DNA from: Octopus sinensis
Taxonomy: Eukaryota
Assembly (NCBI RefSeq): GCF_006345805.1
Contig: NW_021833946.1
Location: 1 to 52,514 of the forward strand
DNA length: 52,514 bases
Direction: 5' to 3'
Of the stretch, positions 1-10,707 are shown piece after piece. The first letter of the stretch is position 1; every line of letters starts with the position of its first letter. The translations under genes were made by a program, and so were the position numbers. Below the pieces are notes generated by a model. That model was given only the letters and a program-made list of their open reading frames with translations, had not been told where the DNA came from and made no database searches.

Positions 1-129
1 CATCTGACAAATACCAACAAAATAGTATGAATCAGTCAGGTTTTACCAGCTAGAAATAGCAGCTCAAGTGCTTTTAAATCAGATCTCAATGCTGGATGTT
101 CAAGAACCGAATGAAGGGCAGATTTTCAA

Positions 130-240
130 TCCCTGTGATCATCTTGATTCCAAAAAGGTAGAATATGTCTATGCAGAGCACATGTAGACTTAGACACAGG
201 AGTCCCGGACAGACAGAATTTCGCGTTTATTTATATAGAT
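130..240 (+). mobile_element. 3' end of a Helitron/HINE-like non-autonomous element
   Basis: Ends in acagacagaatttcgcgtttatttatatagat, similar to the 3' terminus of the element at 3709-4088. No 5' end recognised. Confidence 0.35.
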
Positions 241-715
241 GAAAAATGCTTCACAAACTGTAATTAAGAGTTTCACGTTAGAGTTCGTCTAACAGTTGTC
301 ATACTACGGGCAATAAAGAATAAATGTGTGTGTGTGTGTGTATTTATGGGTACCAGTTCAACGAATAAGCATACTTTTAAAATAAGGGAATACAGTGGAA
401 TGAAAACGGGAGTAGACCGTAACGGGAAAAGTAAATGAAGCAATAGTTGAATCGATAAAAAGAACTTTAAAGATACGAGTGAAAAATTAAACGGAATAAG
501 AAAATGGAAGAGAGTAAAATAGAATATTGTGAAAGTAAGCCAAAAATTAAAGATTATAAATTGTAGAAAATATGCAAATAATAAAATGAAAGAAAGGGAG
601 AAAGAAAGAAAGGAGTGAAGTTACTGAGAGAGAGAGAAGTAAAAAGAGCAGAGGTCAAAAGAAAAGGGGTAATTTGCTATTAAGGCAATTGGGTAGGAGG
701 AGGGGTGAAGAGGCA

Positions 716-783
<68 letters not shown>

Positions 784-939
784 GAACGTAGCTTGTAGTG
801 AAATGGTAGCAGAGATTAAAGGTTGACAGTTTGGTGAGAAAGAGAGAGATAATACATTCACTGGGGAAGAAGAAAGAGTGATTATGTGATAAATTTCAAC
901 AAACATTTACTGCTGAAAGAACTCGATAAAATTCATACG

Positions 940-1217
940 TATGAATGTATGTATGTATGTATGTATGTATGTATGTATGTATGTATGTATGTATGTATGT
1001 ATGTATATATGTATGTATTATGTATGTATGTATGTATGTATGTATTATGTATGTATTATGTATGTATGTATGTATGTATTATGTATGTATGTATGTGTGT
1101 ATGTGTGTATGTATGTATGTATGTATGTATGTATGTATGTATTATGTATGTATTATGTATGTATGTATGTATGTATGTGTGTATGTATGTATGTATGTAT
1201 GTATGTATGTATGTATG

Positions 1218-1258
<41 letters not shown>

Positions 1259-1335
1259 ATATATACATATATATATGCATACACACATACATATATATAC
1301 ATACATACATATATATACATACATACACACATATG
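940..1335. repeat. (TATG)n / (TA)n / (CATA)n compound microsatellite
   Basis: Direct reading. Explains ORF-track entries 886-1423. Confidence 0.98.
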
Positions 1336-1732
1336 GGTTGCATATAGCTTCAGATTTTGCCTCTATGCATACATTCAGACATATTTATATATTTATGTAA
1401 TTCTAAATTTTTCTTTGCGCTGACGCACGAAACTCCCTCTTCTTGGGTTGCTCGATTGCTTCTCTTAAGTATCAATGCATATATCTATACAGATATGGAA
1501 GTATATATACAAATATATGCTTATACATACATGTATGTGTGTGCACGTGTGCGTGCGTGTGTATATATCGATATATAAATGTATCTGTGCACGTCCAGGG
1601 TCATCTGTCAAATTACTTCATTCTTATACAAAATGATGAAATAAATACAAATTTTTAAAAGAAATATATCTATTACCTAAAGTAAATTATATTATAATTT
1701 TATATATAAATATATGTATGTATGTATGTATG

Positions 1733-2024
1733 AGACAGATAAGTGACAACCTGGCCACTGGTGGTGGTGTAACACACCATACTAATCATATCTGTCAGGC
1801 ATGTGGAAGAGAGTGTGATTCGGCAGGAGGACTTAAACGACATGCAAAGGTACATGAAGCCCAGTTACAACTACAGCCGGCTATTACCGGTAAAGGTTTT
1901 AGTTGCCAATTCTGTACAAGACATTGTAGATCTTTAGCTGGGCTAAAAAGTCACATTCGATCACAGCGCCAGTAACAGTTAAGCTTCGTGCAATGGCCAT
2001 TCTCGATAACGAGGGGAAGCCATA
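1733..2024 (+). mobile_element. 5'-truncated RTE-clade LINE 3' end (C-terminal C2H2-type zinc fingers plus short 3' UTR)
   Basis: Frame reads CQACGRECDSAGGLKRHAKVH...CQFCTRHCRSLAGLKSHIRS*, matching the CxxCGRxxxSxxGLxSH motif at RTE ORF2 C-termini. The 3' UTR ggccattctcgataacgaggggaagcc is followed by a (TGTA)n tail, and (TGTA)n also lies 5'. Confidence 0.7.
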
Positions 2025-2221
2025 ATGTATGTACGTATGTATGTATGCATACAACTCATTTGCATAACAACACTGTCATTCACTCTCTTATCTCCCCGTC
2101 CTCTGTCTTTGTGGTACTCTTTTTCTCGCTGACTCGGTCAGTGGTGGAGAGTGTCGTTCTTTCACTGATTGTCTGCCACCAAGACTACTATGTGCATTCA
2201 TCTGGCACCTCTATCCTTAGT

Positions 2222-2276
<55 letters not shown>

Positions 2277-2457
2277 CCTCTGACTGAAGAAATCAACTGA
2301 CCAACGGTTGAAATGTAATGAACATCGGCTTTGAAACTCCGACGAAGCTATAAATTGATACACTGAGCACTTGACCAAGAGTGCATTGCATCTGATAGCA
2401 GAAACAGATGTAAGCTAATGAAGTGTATTACATAATTTCTTGTTCCTCTGTTATTTG

Positions 2458-2619
2458 AGGCTTTGTGGTAAGAAGCTTGCTTCCCAGCAACGTGTTTCTG
2501 GGTTCAATCCCATTGCGTAGCACCTTGGACAAATGTCTTCTGCAATAGCTTCGAGCCGAAGAAAGACTTGGTACACAGAAACTGTAAGGAAGCCATTTCT
2601 CTCTCTCCCTCTCTCTCTC

Positions 2620-2691
<72 letters not shown>

Positions 2692-2868
2692 CGTGTGTGT
2701 GTGTGTGTGTGTTGTGTAAGTCATTGTGTCTGTGTTTGTTTCCGTCTACCGCTTGAGGACTGATGTTTGTGTGTTTACGTCCCGTAACTTAGCGGGGTCG
2801 ATTCGTTCGACTAAAATTCTTCGAGGTAATGCCCCAGCATGGCCGCAATCTAAGCGATAAAAGGCAAT
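2458..2868 (+). mobile_element. tRNA-derived SINE, family A (internal TA/TG microsatellite)
   Basis: A-box-like gtggtaagaagc, B-box-like ggttcaatccc, CORE-like caccttggacaaatgtcttc, and 3' half gtcccgtaacttagcgg...cccagcatggccgc shared with other copies. Confidence 0.85.
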
Positions 2869-2949
2869 ATATATGCACACATACATACATATATACACAC
2901 ATGTACATATTTTACAAACACACACGTACATATTTTACAAAGACACACA

Positions 2950-3216
<267 letters not shown>

Positions 3217-3708
3217 CGCAGGGTCAATAACATGTTTATAATTCTAGTTAGACGTATATATAGCTTTTACTTTTACGTAATATCTTAAAGCTTCGTATGC
3301 GTTAATCAAAATATTAATTATAATTAAACAATAATTGCTTCAAGTCTATTTTCTGGAGACATAAATAGACAATTACCATTCTAGAGATGTCTTGTGGGTT
3401 ACCATAACCAAGGTGGTTTCGGACAAAATTGACAACCACCACCAAAATGAAAATACTACAGCTTCGAATTGCATTACAATGTCCATAAGAAATGAAAGCA
3501 GACATGTTGAATATTAATTAACTTAAGAATAAATATGTTTACACATAGTATTATATATATATATTGCAATATATATAAGTGTATGTGTTTATATGTAGCA
3601 ATATTAATCAATGTTTATGCTCATATTTATGCGCTCATAATTTATGCTCATATAATAAGGAATAATGCCTTTCGCTCATTCCGTTTACACATTAGTTCTA
3701 TATCATAG

Positions 3709-4088
3709 ACTAGCAGTATCGCCCGGCGTTGCTCCGGTTTCTAAGGGAAATAACTATAAAGCATTTTTAGAGAGTTATAGCCAAAAAATGGGAAAAAAAT
3801 GATGGCAAATTTTTTTTTAGTTAAAATGGTCGAGTTGCGTCCCCCCTAGACAGTCTGTGGTTTGTTTTTCTGATTCTCGACCCCATGTCGAATTTTATCG
3901 ATTTTTTTCAGAACTGGGGGAACTTTTCAAAATTTTCGCTGCGTTAGTTTTGAATATGACATTGGCTATGTGTGTGTCAAGTTTCATCAGAATCGATTGA
4001 AACGTGGTCAGGGTGAGGTATACAACTAACAGACACCCAGACACAGAAAAACACACACAGACAAACTACCGTTTATATTGAAAGATAT
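3709..4088 (+). mobile_element. Helitron/Helentron-associated non-autonomous element (HINE/Lep1-like)
   Basis: Starts actagcagtatcgcccggcgttgct. Contains the aagtttcatcagaatcg motif and an acagacac-type subterminal repeat, and ends gtttatattgaaagata. This is the layout of Lep1/DINE-type elements. Confidence 0.6.
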
Positions 4089-4118
4089 AAAACTGCCAAT
4101 GAACTTTACATCTATCTT

Positions 4119-4322
4119 AGCGCGCGCGGGCGAAAGGCTAGCGTATTTCGTCTGTCGTTACGTTCTGAGTTCAAATTCCGCCGAGTCAACTTTGCCTTTC
4201 ATCCTTTTGGGGGTCGATAAATAAGGTATCAGTTTCGCACTGGGTCGATGTAATCGACTTAATCCCTTGTCTGTCCTTGTTTGTCCCCTCTATGTTTACC
4301 CCCTGTGGGTAGTAAAGAATAT
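4119..4322 (+). mobile_element. tRNA-derived SINE, family B body with an alternative 3' tail
   Basis: B-box gagttcaaattcc and central ctttgcctttcatcctt..ggggtcgataaat..gtatcag, as in family B. The tail is cttaatcccttgtctgtccttgtttgtcccctc...gtagtaaagaata instead of the (ATT)n-type tail. Confidence 0.8.
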
Positions 4323-4379
4323 GTCTATCTTTCTTTCTATCTCTGTCCATCTATTTCCTCTCTCTCTTCTCTCTCGATG

Positions 4380-4439
<60 letters not shown>

Positions 4440-5484
4440 TAATGTTCGTTTTTATGTTCTTTTAATAAGAACAATTTTACATTAATCTGATGGGTGACTA
4501 TACTTTTGCAGAGTACAAACCTATTAGTCTTAAACAAGAATGGATGCATGCATATATGTATGTGTGACTATCGATCATGTCAATAGTAAGGAGAGGGTGT
4601 GTGAGGTGTGGTGCAAGGGTCATTGGACTTAAGATCTTAGGTTACGCCATCGCCGACGAAAGCAACTTTCAGTTGCTCGGTCAAGTAGGGGGACGCCGCG
4701 GCGATCACTGAAGTCGCGGGCGCGAACTCGGGTGAACAGGATCTCGGGTGCTATAACCCCATGCTCGACATTATTAACATATCGCATGGGCAATGGTCAG
4801 TAACGGTCTTACTCGGTCTCGGGTGGACAGCCATCATGTGTCTATGTGTGCTTTACAAGTATAGATACAAAATGTATGTCTGTTCGTCGCCTTTTCTCTT
4901 CCCATCTCTCTTTATATGCTCCTAAATTCCTCGTCCTGTTGCAGTAATAGATGGGATCTCCCTTGAGTCTCTCTAAAAATAGTTAAAAGTTGTCAGAATT
5001 TATATCCTGTTTTGGTAATACAATTAATACTTTTGAATTAGACACATGTTTACATACATATATTCTCGTGCATATAGATGTATAAATGAGTATATATTTT
5101 TTCATAAATATACATACATACATACACACATACATACATGCTAAGTGTTTCTCTAGCAGAAATATAATTAACAGGGAGGATGAATTAATCCATTTTATTG
5201 CATAATTTACAATTGTTTCATAGATATTTTATCAGCAATAATCTTTTGATAAACCACCGATGATACACTTACAAAATTATGTAATGAACGAAATGCTCGA
5301 TTCATTCTCTCTGTTGATTATTATATAAACTCTGCGGTTATTGAAAGATTTTCAGATATATCAGTAAACCTAAGTATTTCTGTGTCATACTTGAGTCTGA
5401 TAGCCAGTACCCACGAGCGATCTTAATAAAGCCAACTCCATACAAGCACACACACACACACAAATATGTATATATATGTGTGTC

Positions 5485-5860
5485 TCTTCTATTTTTTGAC
5501 TATTATAAATCTTCTACTGAGGAGGGAGCCGGTTTCCAACAAAGTTGTATATTTTTACTGTTCCACTTACAGATTGCACTTATAATGTCCGAATCAGCCC
5601 ATCAATTTCTCTTTCTGAGAATCCCAGTTTATCCAGAAGATGTACTTGCTTAGCAAGTGATTTGATCTGAGATCGTGTGCTGAAACAAAAACAATTGCAG
5701 CGTGGAAGGTGTTTATAAGCCATTTAAGAAACACACAAAAGCCGTTCGATTCACTTCAACATTTAAGTTTAATTTGTCAAAATATTTTCGTCGCTTTAAG
5801 ACCGCGACCTGTTCACTGACAAAATCTGTGCTGCATCTCAGACATGCAGCACGGATTTAT
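5485..5860 (-). mobile_element. pLTR-like (Penelope-type) non-autonomous repeat carrying a hammerhead-like motif and a terminal hairpin
   Basis: Abuts (TA)n, contains the motif at 5773-5823, and ends in a 15-bp hairpin (aaatctgtgctgcat/atgcagcacggattt, 1 mismatch) at ~5822-5859. Confidence 0.5.
5773..5823 (-). ncRNA. Type-I hammerhead-like ribozyme, G3-C8 core variant
   Basis: Minus strand: UUUGUCA GUGAACA G GUCGC ggucuuaaa GCGAC GAA AAUAUU U UGACAAA. 7-bp helix I in exact register, 5-bp helix II, palindromic helix III, NUH = UUU. Confidence 0.7.
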
Positions 5861-5910
5861 ACATATTATATATATATATATTATATAAATATATTATATA
5901 TATATAGTAA

Positions 5911-5944
<34 letters not shown>

Positions 5945-5976
5945 TTATAATATAATATATATAGTGTTATATATAC

Positions 5977-6025
<49 letters not shown>

Positions 6026-6104
6026 ATATATAATATATATATATATTAATATATATATATATATATATGTTATTATATATGCGTGTATGTGTATGTATAT
6101 GTTT

Positions 6105-6305
6105 GTGTGCGTTTGTGTTTGTCGCCCCAACATCGCTTGACGACCGATTGTGGTGTGTTTACGTCCCCGTAACTTAGCAGTTCGGCAAAAGAAACCGATA
6201 GAATAAGTACTAGGGATACAAAGAATTAGTCCCGGGGTCGATTTGCTCTACTAAAGGCGATACTACACCATGGCCACAGTCACATGACTGAAACAAGTAA
6301 AAGAG
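6105..6305 (+). mobile_element. SINE family A, 3' half
   Basis: gtgtttacgtccccgtaacttagcagttcggcaaaag...catggccacagtcacatgactgaaacaagtaaaag matches other family A copies. Confidence 0.85.
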
Positions 6306-6631
6306 TATATGTATATATATATATAATTTTATATTCATATTTTATGAATATTTTATATGTATGTATATATATATAAAAACTGTACTGGGAGAAGAAGAAG
6401 AAACGAAACGAAACGGATATATATATATACTGTTGTGTGTATGAATACTTAAAATCATAACTTTGTGTGTTGTATGTATGTGTGTGTGCGCACGCGCGTA
6501 TTTCTAAATAATTATTAATTATTAATATAGGTCAGTGAACTCACCTTGATATCATCTATCAAGCTTGGAGAGAGAAGGGAAGTTCTATGACAGGGAGGGA
6601 TCACACACACACGTACACACACACACACACG

Positions 6632-6676
<45 letters not shown>

Positions 6677-6830
6677 TCACACTCTTGCATAGACACAGAC
6701 ATAAGCTTACACATAGAGATACGCATACAAGGAAAGAGTTTGTTTTCAGAAATAGGAAAAGATGATTAAACACGCACAGATATGAATGTATGTGTAACGT
6801 TTACCTTTTCAATATAATTGCATGTACATA

Positions 6831-7029
6831 GGGGGAGGTAGTGCTGACGAGTTCTTGTCTTTGGGTAAAAGAAAATACAGGGGAATCAATTAATTATGAT
6901 TTTATTCAACATATTCCCTTCTCAGATTCACACACTTATTGCAACGGTCCTTCAGTTTTTAGAAGGTTAGACCTCCAACCAAGCCTTTCGTCACGCCCTT
7001 AAAGCCAAGAACATTTCAGCTCTCCCTTG
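6831..7029 (-). mobile_element. Mariner-derived MITE (~200 bp)
   Basis: Degenerate TIRs (gctgacgagttcttgtctttgg versus reverse complement gctgaaatgttcttggctttaa). The minus strand retains the mariner C-terminus CNKCVNLRREYVE*. TA-rich flanks. Confidence 0.65.
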
Positions 7030-7038
7030 TGTATATAT

Positions 7039-7093
<55 letters not shown>

Positions 7094-7815
7094 GGTTATA
7101 TATAAAATATATATATATATGTGTGTGTGTGTGTGTATTATAGATATATAAATATATATTTATATATACACATATAGATACATAATATATATATACACAT
7201 GTATATATAGTATGCATGTATATATATATATATATATATAATATATATAATATATATAATTTATTATATGTATATATCATATATTATTTGTGTATATGCA
7301 TATAGACATAACACTATATAATGTGTGTGTTGTGGGCGTGTTGTATGTATATATACATACATACATATGACTTTTTGTGTGTTTCTGTAAGCAAATAATT
7401 CATAATTGTGTTGTAAGTTAGCGACCTTTTCACTCTAACCTTATTGTAATCTATCAGAGACAAGGAGAGGGATGGAGATGGATGAAGTGTGTTGGGGAGA
7501 AGTAAGAGGGACACTGACTGAGTGAGATTGAATGTGTGTTTGAGAGAGTATGTTATAGCTTCAGAGAGAGAGAGAGGGAGAGAGAGAGGGGGAGAGAGGA
7601 GGTAGAGCCGGAAAGAAAGGAAGAGAGAGTAGAAATAATGATTTGGATGGCATCAGAGGGAGAGGAGAGTCCAAGCTTATCCTCGCCGTGGACGACTCCT
7701 CACCGGAATCATCTTACAAGCCGCAATAGAATGAGTTATATCGCGCGGCACACATAGATGTATATATGTATGCAGATATATATACATACACACCCACACA
7801 CACACACACATACAC

Positions 7816-7863
<48 letters not shown>

Positions 7864-8391
7864 ATATAATATTTATATATATATAATCAAAATAAGCAAC
7901 AAGAGTATCTTCGGTAATTTGGTACGATCGTTTCACGCTACAAGATACTCTTGTTGCTTATTTGAATTATAACCACCCCATGGATTTATATGGATAAAAC
8001 CATACAAAATTCTGGTGCATCTAACTTAAGTACCATTTCATTTGAATCTAAATTTTGCTGACTTATATCTATATATAAGTAAAAGTAAGACCCACTATGG
8101 GATATCAGTTATCCAATATACTGCTGGTGAAGTACCCAAATACTAAATACATAAATGCTTATAATTGCAATGCAATTAATTCATTTATTAGCGTAAATTC
8201 ATAATTTATTACCGTAATTCATAATACAAATAAGAAAATGGAGAAACAATTTCACATTATTTGAAATTGTAATATCCCTAAGTTGTGGATCGAAATGAAT
8301 TTGTTTCTCCGTTTCTTATTGTATTATATATATATATATATATATATATATCTATATATATATATATATATTAATATATATTAAAAAAAAG

Positions 8392-8712
8392 ACTCCGGCG
8401 GGGGGGGGTTTACGCGACGAGGGTCCCGCTGATACGATCAACGGAACAGCTTGCTCGTGAAATTAACGGCAAGGCTGAGCATTCCACAGCACGTGTACCT
8501 TAACGTAGTTCTCGGGGATATCAGCGTGACACAGAGAGTGACAAGGCTGACCCTTTGAAATATACAAGTACAACTCATTTTTTGCCAGCTGAGTGGACTG
8601 GAGCAACGTGAAATAAAGTGTCTTGCTCAAGACCAACGCGTCGCCGGGAATCGAACTCACAACCTTACGATCATGAGCCGAATGCTCTAACCACTAAGCA
8701 CGCGCCCTCACC
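8392..8712 (-). mobile_element. tRNA-derived CORE-type SINE, family C (near full length)
   Basis: Minus strand ggtgagggcgcgtgcttagtggttagagcattcgg...gagttcgattcccgg (A and B boxes), followed by CORE-like cttgagcaagacactttatttcacgttgctccagtccactcagctgg. Confidence 0.85.
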
Positions 8713-9309
8713 ATATATATATAATATATATATATACATAGAAGTAAATATATGGCACAACGAAGTACCGATATTTACTGAAAATAGCGAACGTAATAAT
8801 ACGACGCTAATGTATAGCTTCACCGCGTATGTACTAGCAAAAATGCGTGAGTGCAACAAAGTTGAAAAAAATTGTCTTACCTCCAGGGAGAACATCTGAA
8901 AGATTAAATACCTAGAAAGGGATAATGTGGGACCGGGACCGGTTTCAGATTTTTCAAGATATGCCTGCACACATATACTTGATTTATATTCATCAGCCAA
9001 CATACACCACGACAATATTTCAGATGTTGCCACATTAATTCCAATACACTCGACTGAAACGCCAAAACGCTGACAGAACGAGAACAGTGAAGAAGCTATT
9101 CTTTACTGGAAAGCAATACTCTCGTATTGCATTACTATTTATATATATATATATATGATAAAGAGAAAGTTCTTGGTACAGTATTATATATATTTGAAAG
9201 AATGAGTCGAGATGGCTTTTTGAGGGTATTCTTTTTATTTTCATCTTAATAATAATTTTGATGTTTACTCTGATATGAGTTGATATGCATAAGGAAAATA
9301 AGACAATTC

Positions 9310-9347
9310 TTAGTCGAGAAAGTCTAAAAGACAGAAACCGGTTCTAA
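9310..9347 (+). ncRNA. Degenerate type-I hammerhead-like motif, U3-A8 core variant
   Basis: UUAG UCGAGAA a GUCU aaa AGAC a GAAA CCGG UU CUAA. 4-bp helix I in register, 4-bp helix II closed by an A.A mismatch, palindromic ACCGGU helix III, U4 changed to C. Confidence 0.45.
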
Positions 9348-9414
9348 AATGTACTTCATGATAAAATCATTTTAGCATTTTCTACCTTGTCTTATTATCC
9401 TTATATATATATAT

Positions 9415-9644
9415 ATCTGTAAATTAATATGTTACCATTATTCAATAGCCAAGATAGAACTCTGAGTTTCGGATGCCGAGGTGGAAATCCACAACACCAT
9501 CTCTTCGGTTATCTGGCCATCTGTTTTTTTTTTTTCAGATAGCCAGATAACCGAAGAGATGGTCTTGTGGATTTTCACTCCGGCATCTGAAACTCACAGT
9601 TTTATCTTGACTATTGAATAGTGGTAACATATTAATTTACAGAT
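9415..9644. repeat. Fold-back (palindromic) element, ~109-bp arms, T12 loop
   Basis: Arms 9415-9523 and 9536-9644 are reverse complements with about 10 mismatches. Left end abuts (TA)n. Confidence 0.95.
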
Positions 9645-9726
9645 AAATTTCTTCTATTTACATGATATTGAGGTCTTTTTCTTTCTTTTGTTATTTTACC
9701 GTTTTACCATATATATATATATATAA

Positions 9727-9764
<38 letters not shown>

Positions 9765-9782
9765 AATATATATTACCTGCAT

Positions 9783-9955
9783 TTAAAAGAGCCGGCGTCG
9801 TTACATTTTGCGTCACGCTGATTCTTTATGAGAACTACATTATGATTACGCGTGTCTGTGGAATATTCAGCTACCTATTAATTTCACGAGCAAACTGATC
9901 CGTTAATCGGGTCAACTAGAACCCACGTCGCTGTGACCGATGGAGCACCAGAAGA
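9783..9955 (+). mobile_element. SINE family C, degenerate 3' half
   Basis: aatttcacgagcaaactgatccgttaatcgggtcaactagaacccacgtcgc matches the reverse complement of 8392-8470. Confidence 0.65.
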
Positions 9956-9973
9956 AAGTGTGGCAATGTGTGT

Positions 9974-10006
<33 letters not shown>

Positions 10007-10707
10007 GTGTGTGTGTGTGTGTTTACATCAATGTGGAGGAAGTTATCGATATATTTGGCCAGAAACACCGTTCCTGGTTTCCCCAAGCTAATATCCCATT
10101 TTATCGTTGTGTGTTTCACACCAATAAGGAAGCCTGTACGGTTGTCGCTTGGACTGCGAGAAATAGCAACTAAGTCTATGCATGCAAGGAAAGATAAAGC
10201 TACAAACTTCATAAGAACTCATTACTAAAATGCAGATTAATTAAATTTTTAATTAATTATACTGACAAGCATATGACTGTACTGTCCCCTGAAGGAACCG
10301 TTTTGAGTTTGATCGGAGGTGGATCGAAATAAACATATTCTTGTTATCGGAATTAATTAAAATCTTCCCATCCCTCTATCTATCTATCTGTCTGTCTGTC
10401 ATTTTTTAAATATCTACATGCATCTTCATTTGATCGCACATCCTCTTCCTATTTCTTCTCATTCCCCGTTTGATAACAATAATTTAACCATATATATATA
10501 TGTGCGTGTGTGTGTATGTGTGCGTGTGTGTGTACATGTGTATATATATATACATATATATATATATAGTTATATATATATATATATTATACTATATATA
10601 TATATATATATATAATATATACGTATATACATACATATATACATATAATAGAAATATTAAAATAACTAAGTCTCTTTAAAAGAGAACAGCGGCAGCGTTC
10701 CCGGAAA

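Noticed and set aside
6844-6880. CUGACGA...GAAA as a hammerhead
   Set aside because: No helix II or III pairing; it is part of the mariner MITE TIR.
8930-8965. UUGAAAA..GAAACCGGUC (minus strand) as a hammerhead
   Set aside because: Helix II is reduced to 4 nt and helix I does not pair; a relic at best.
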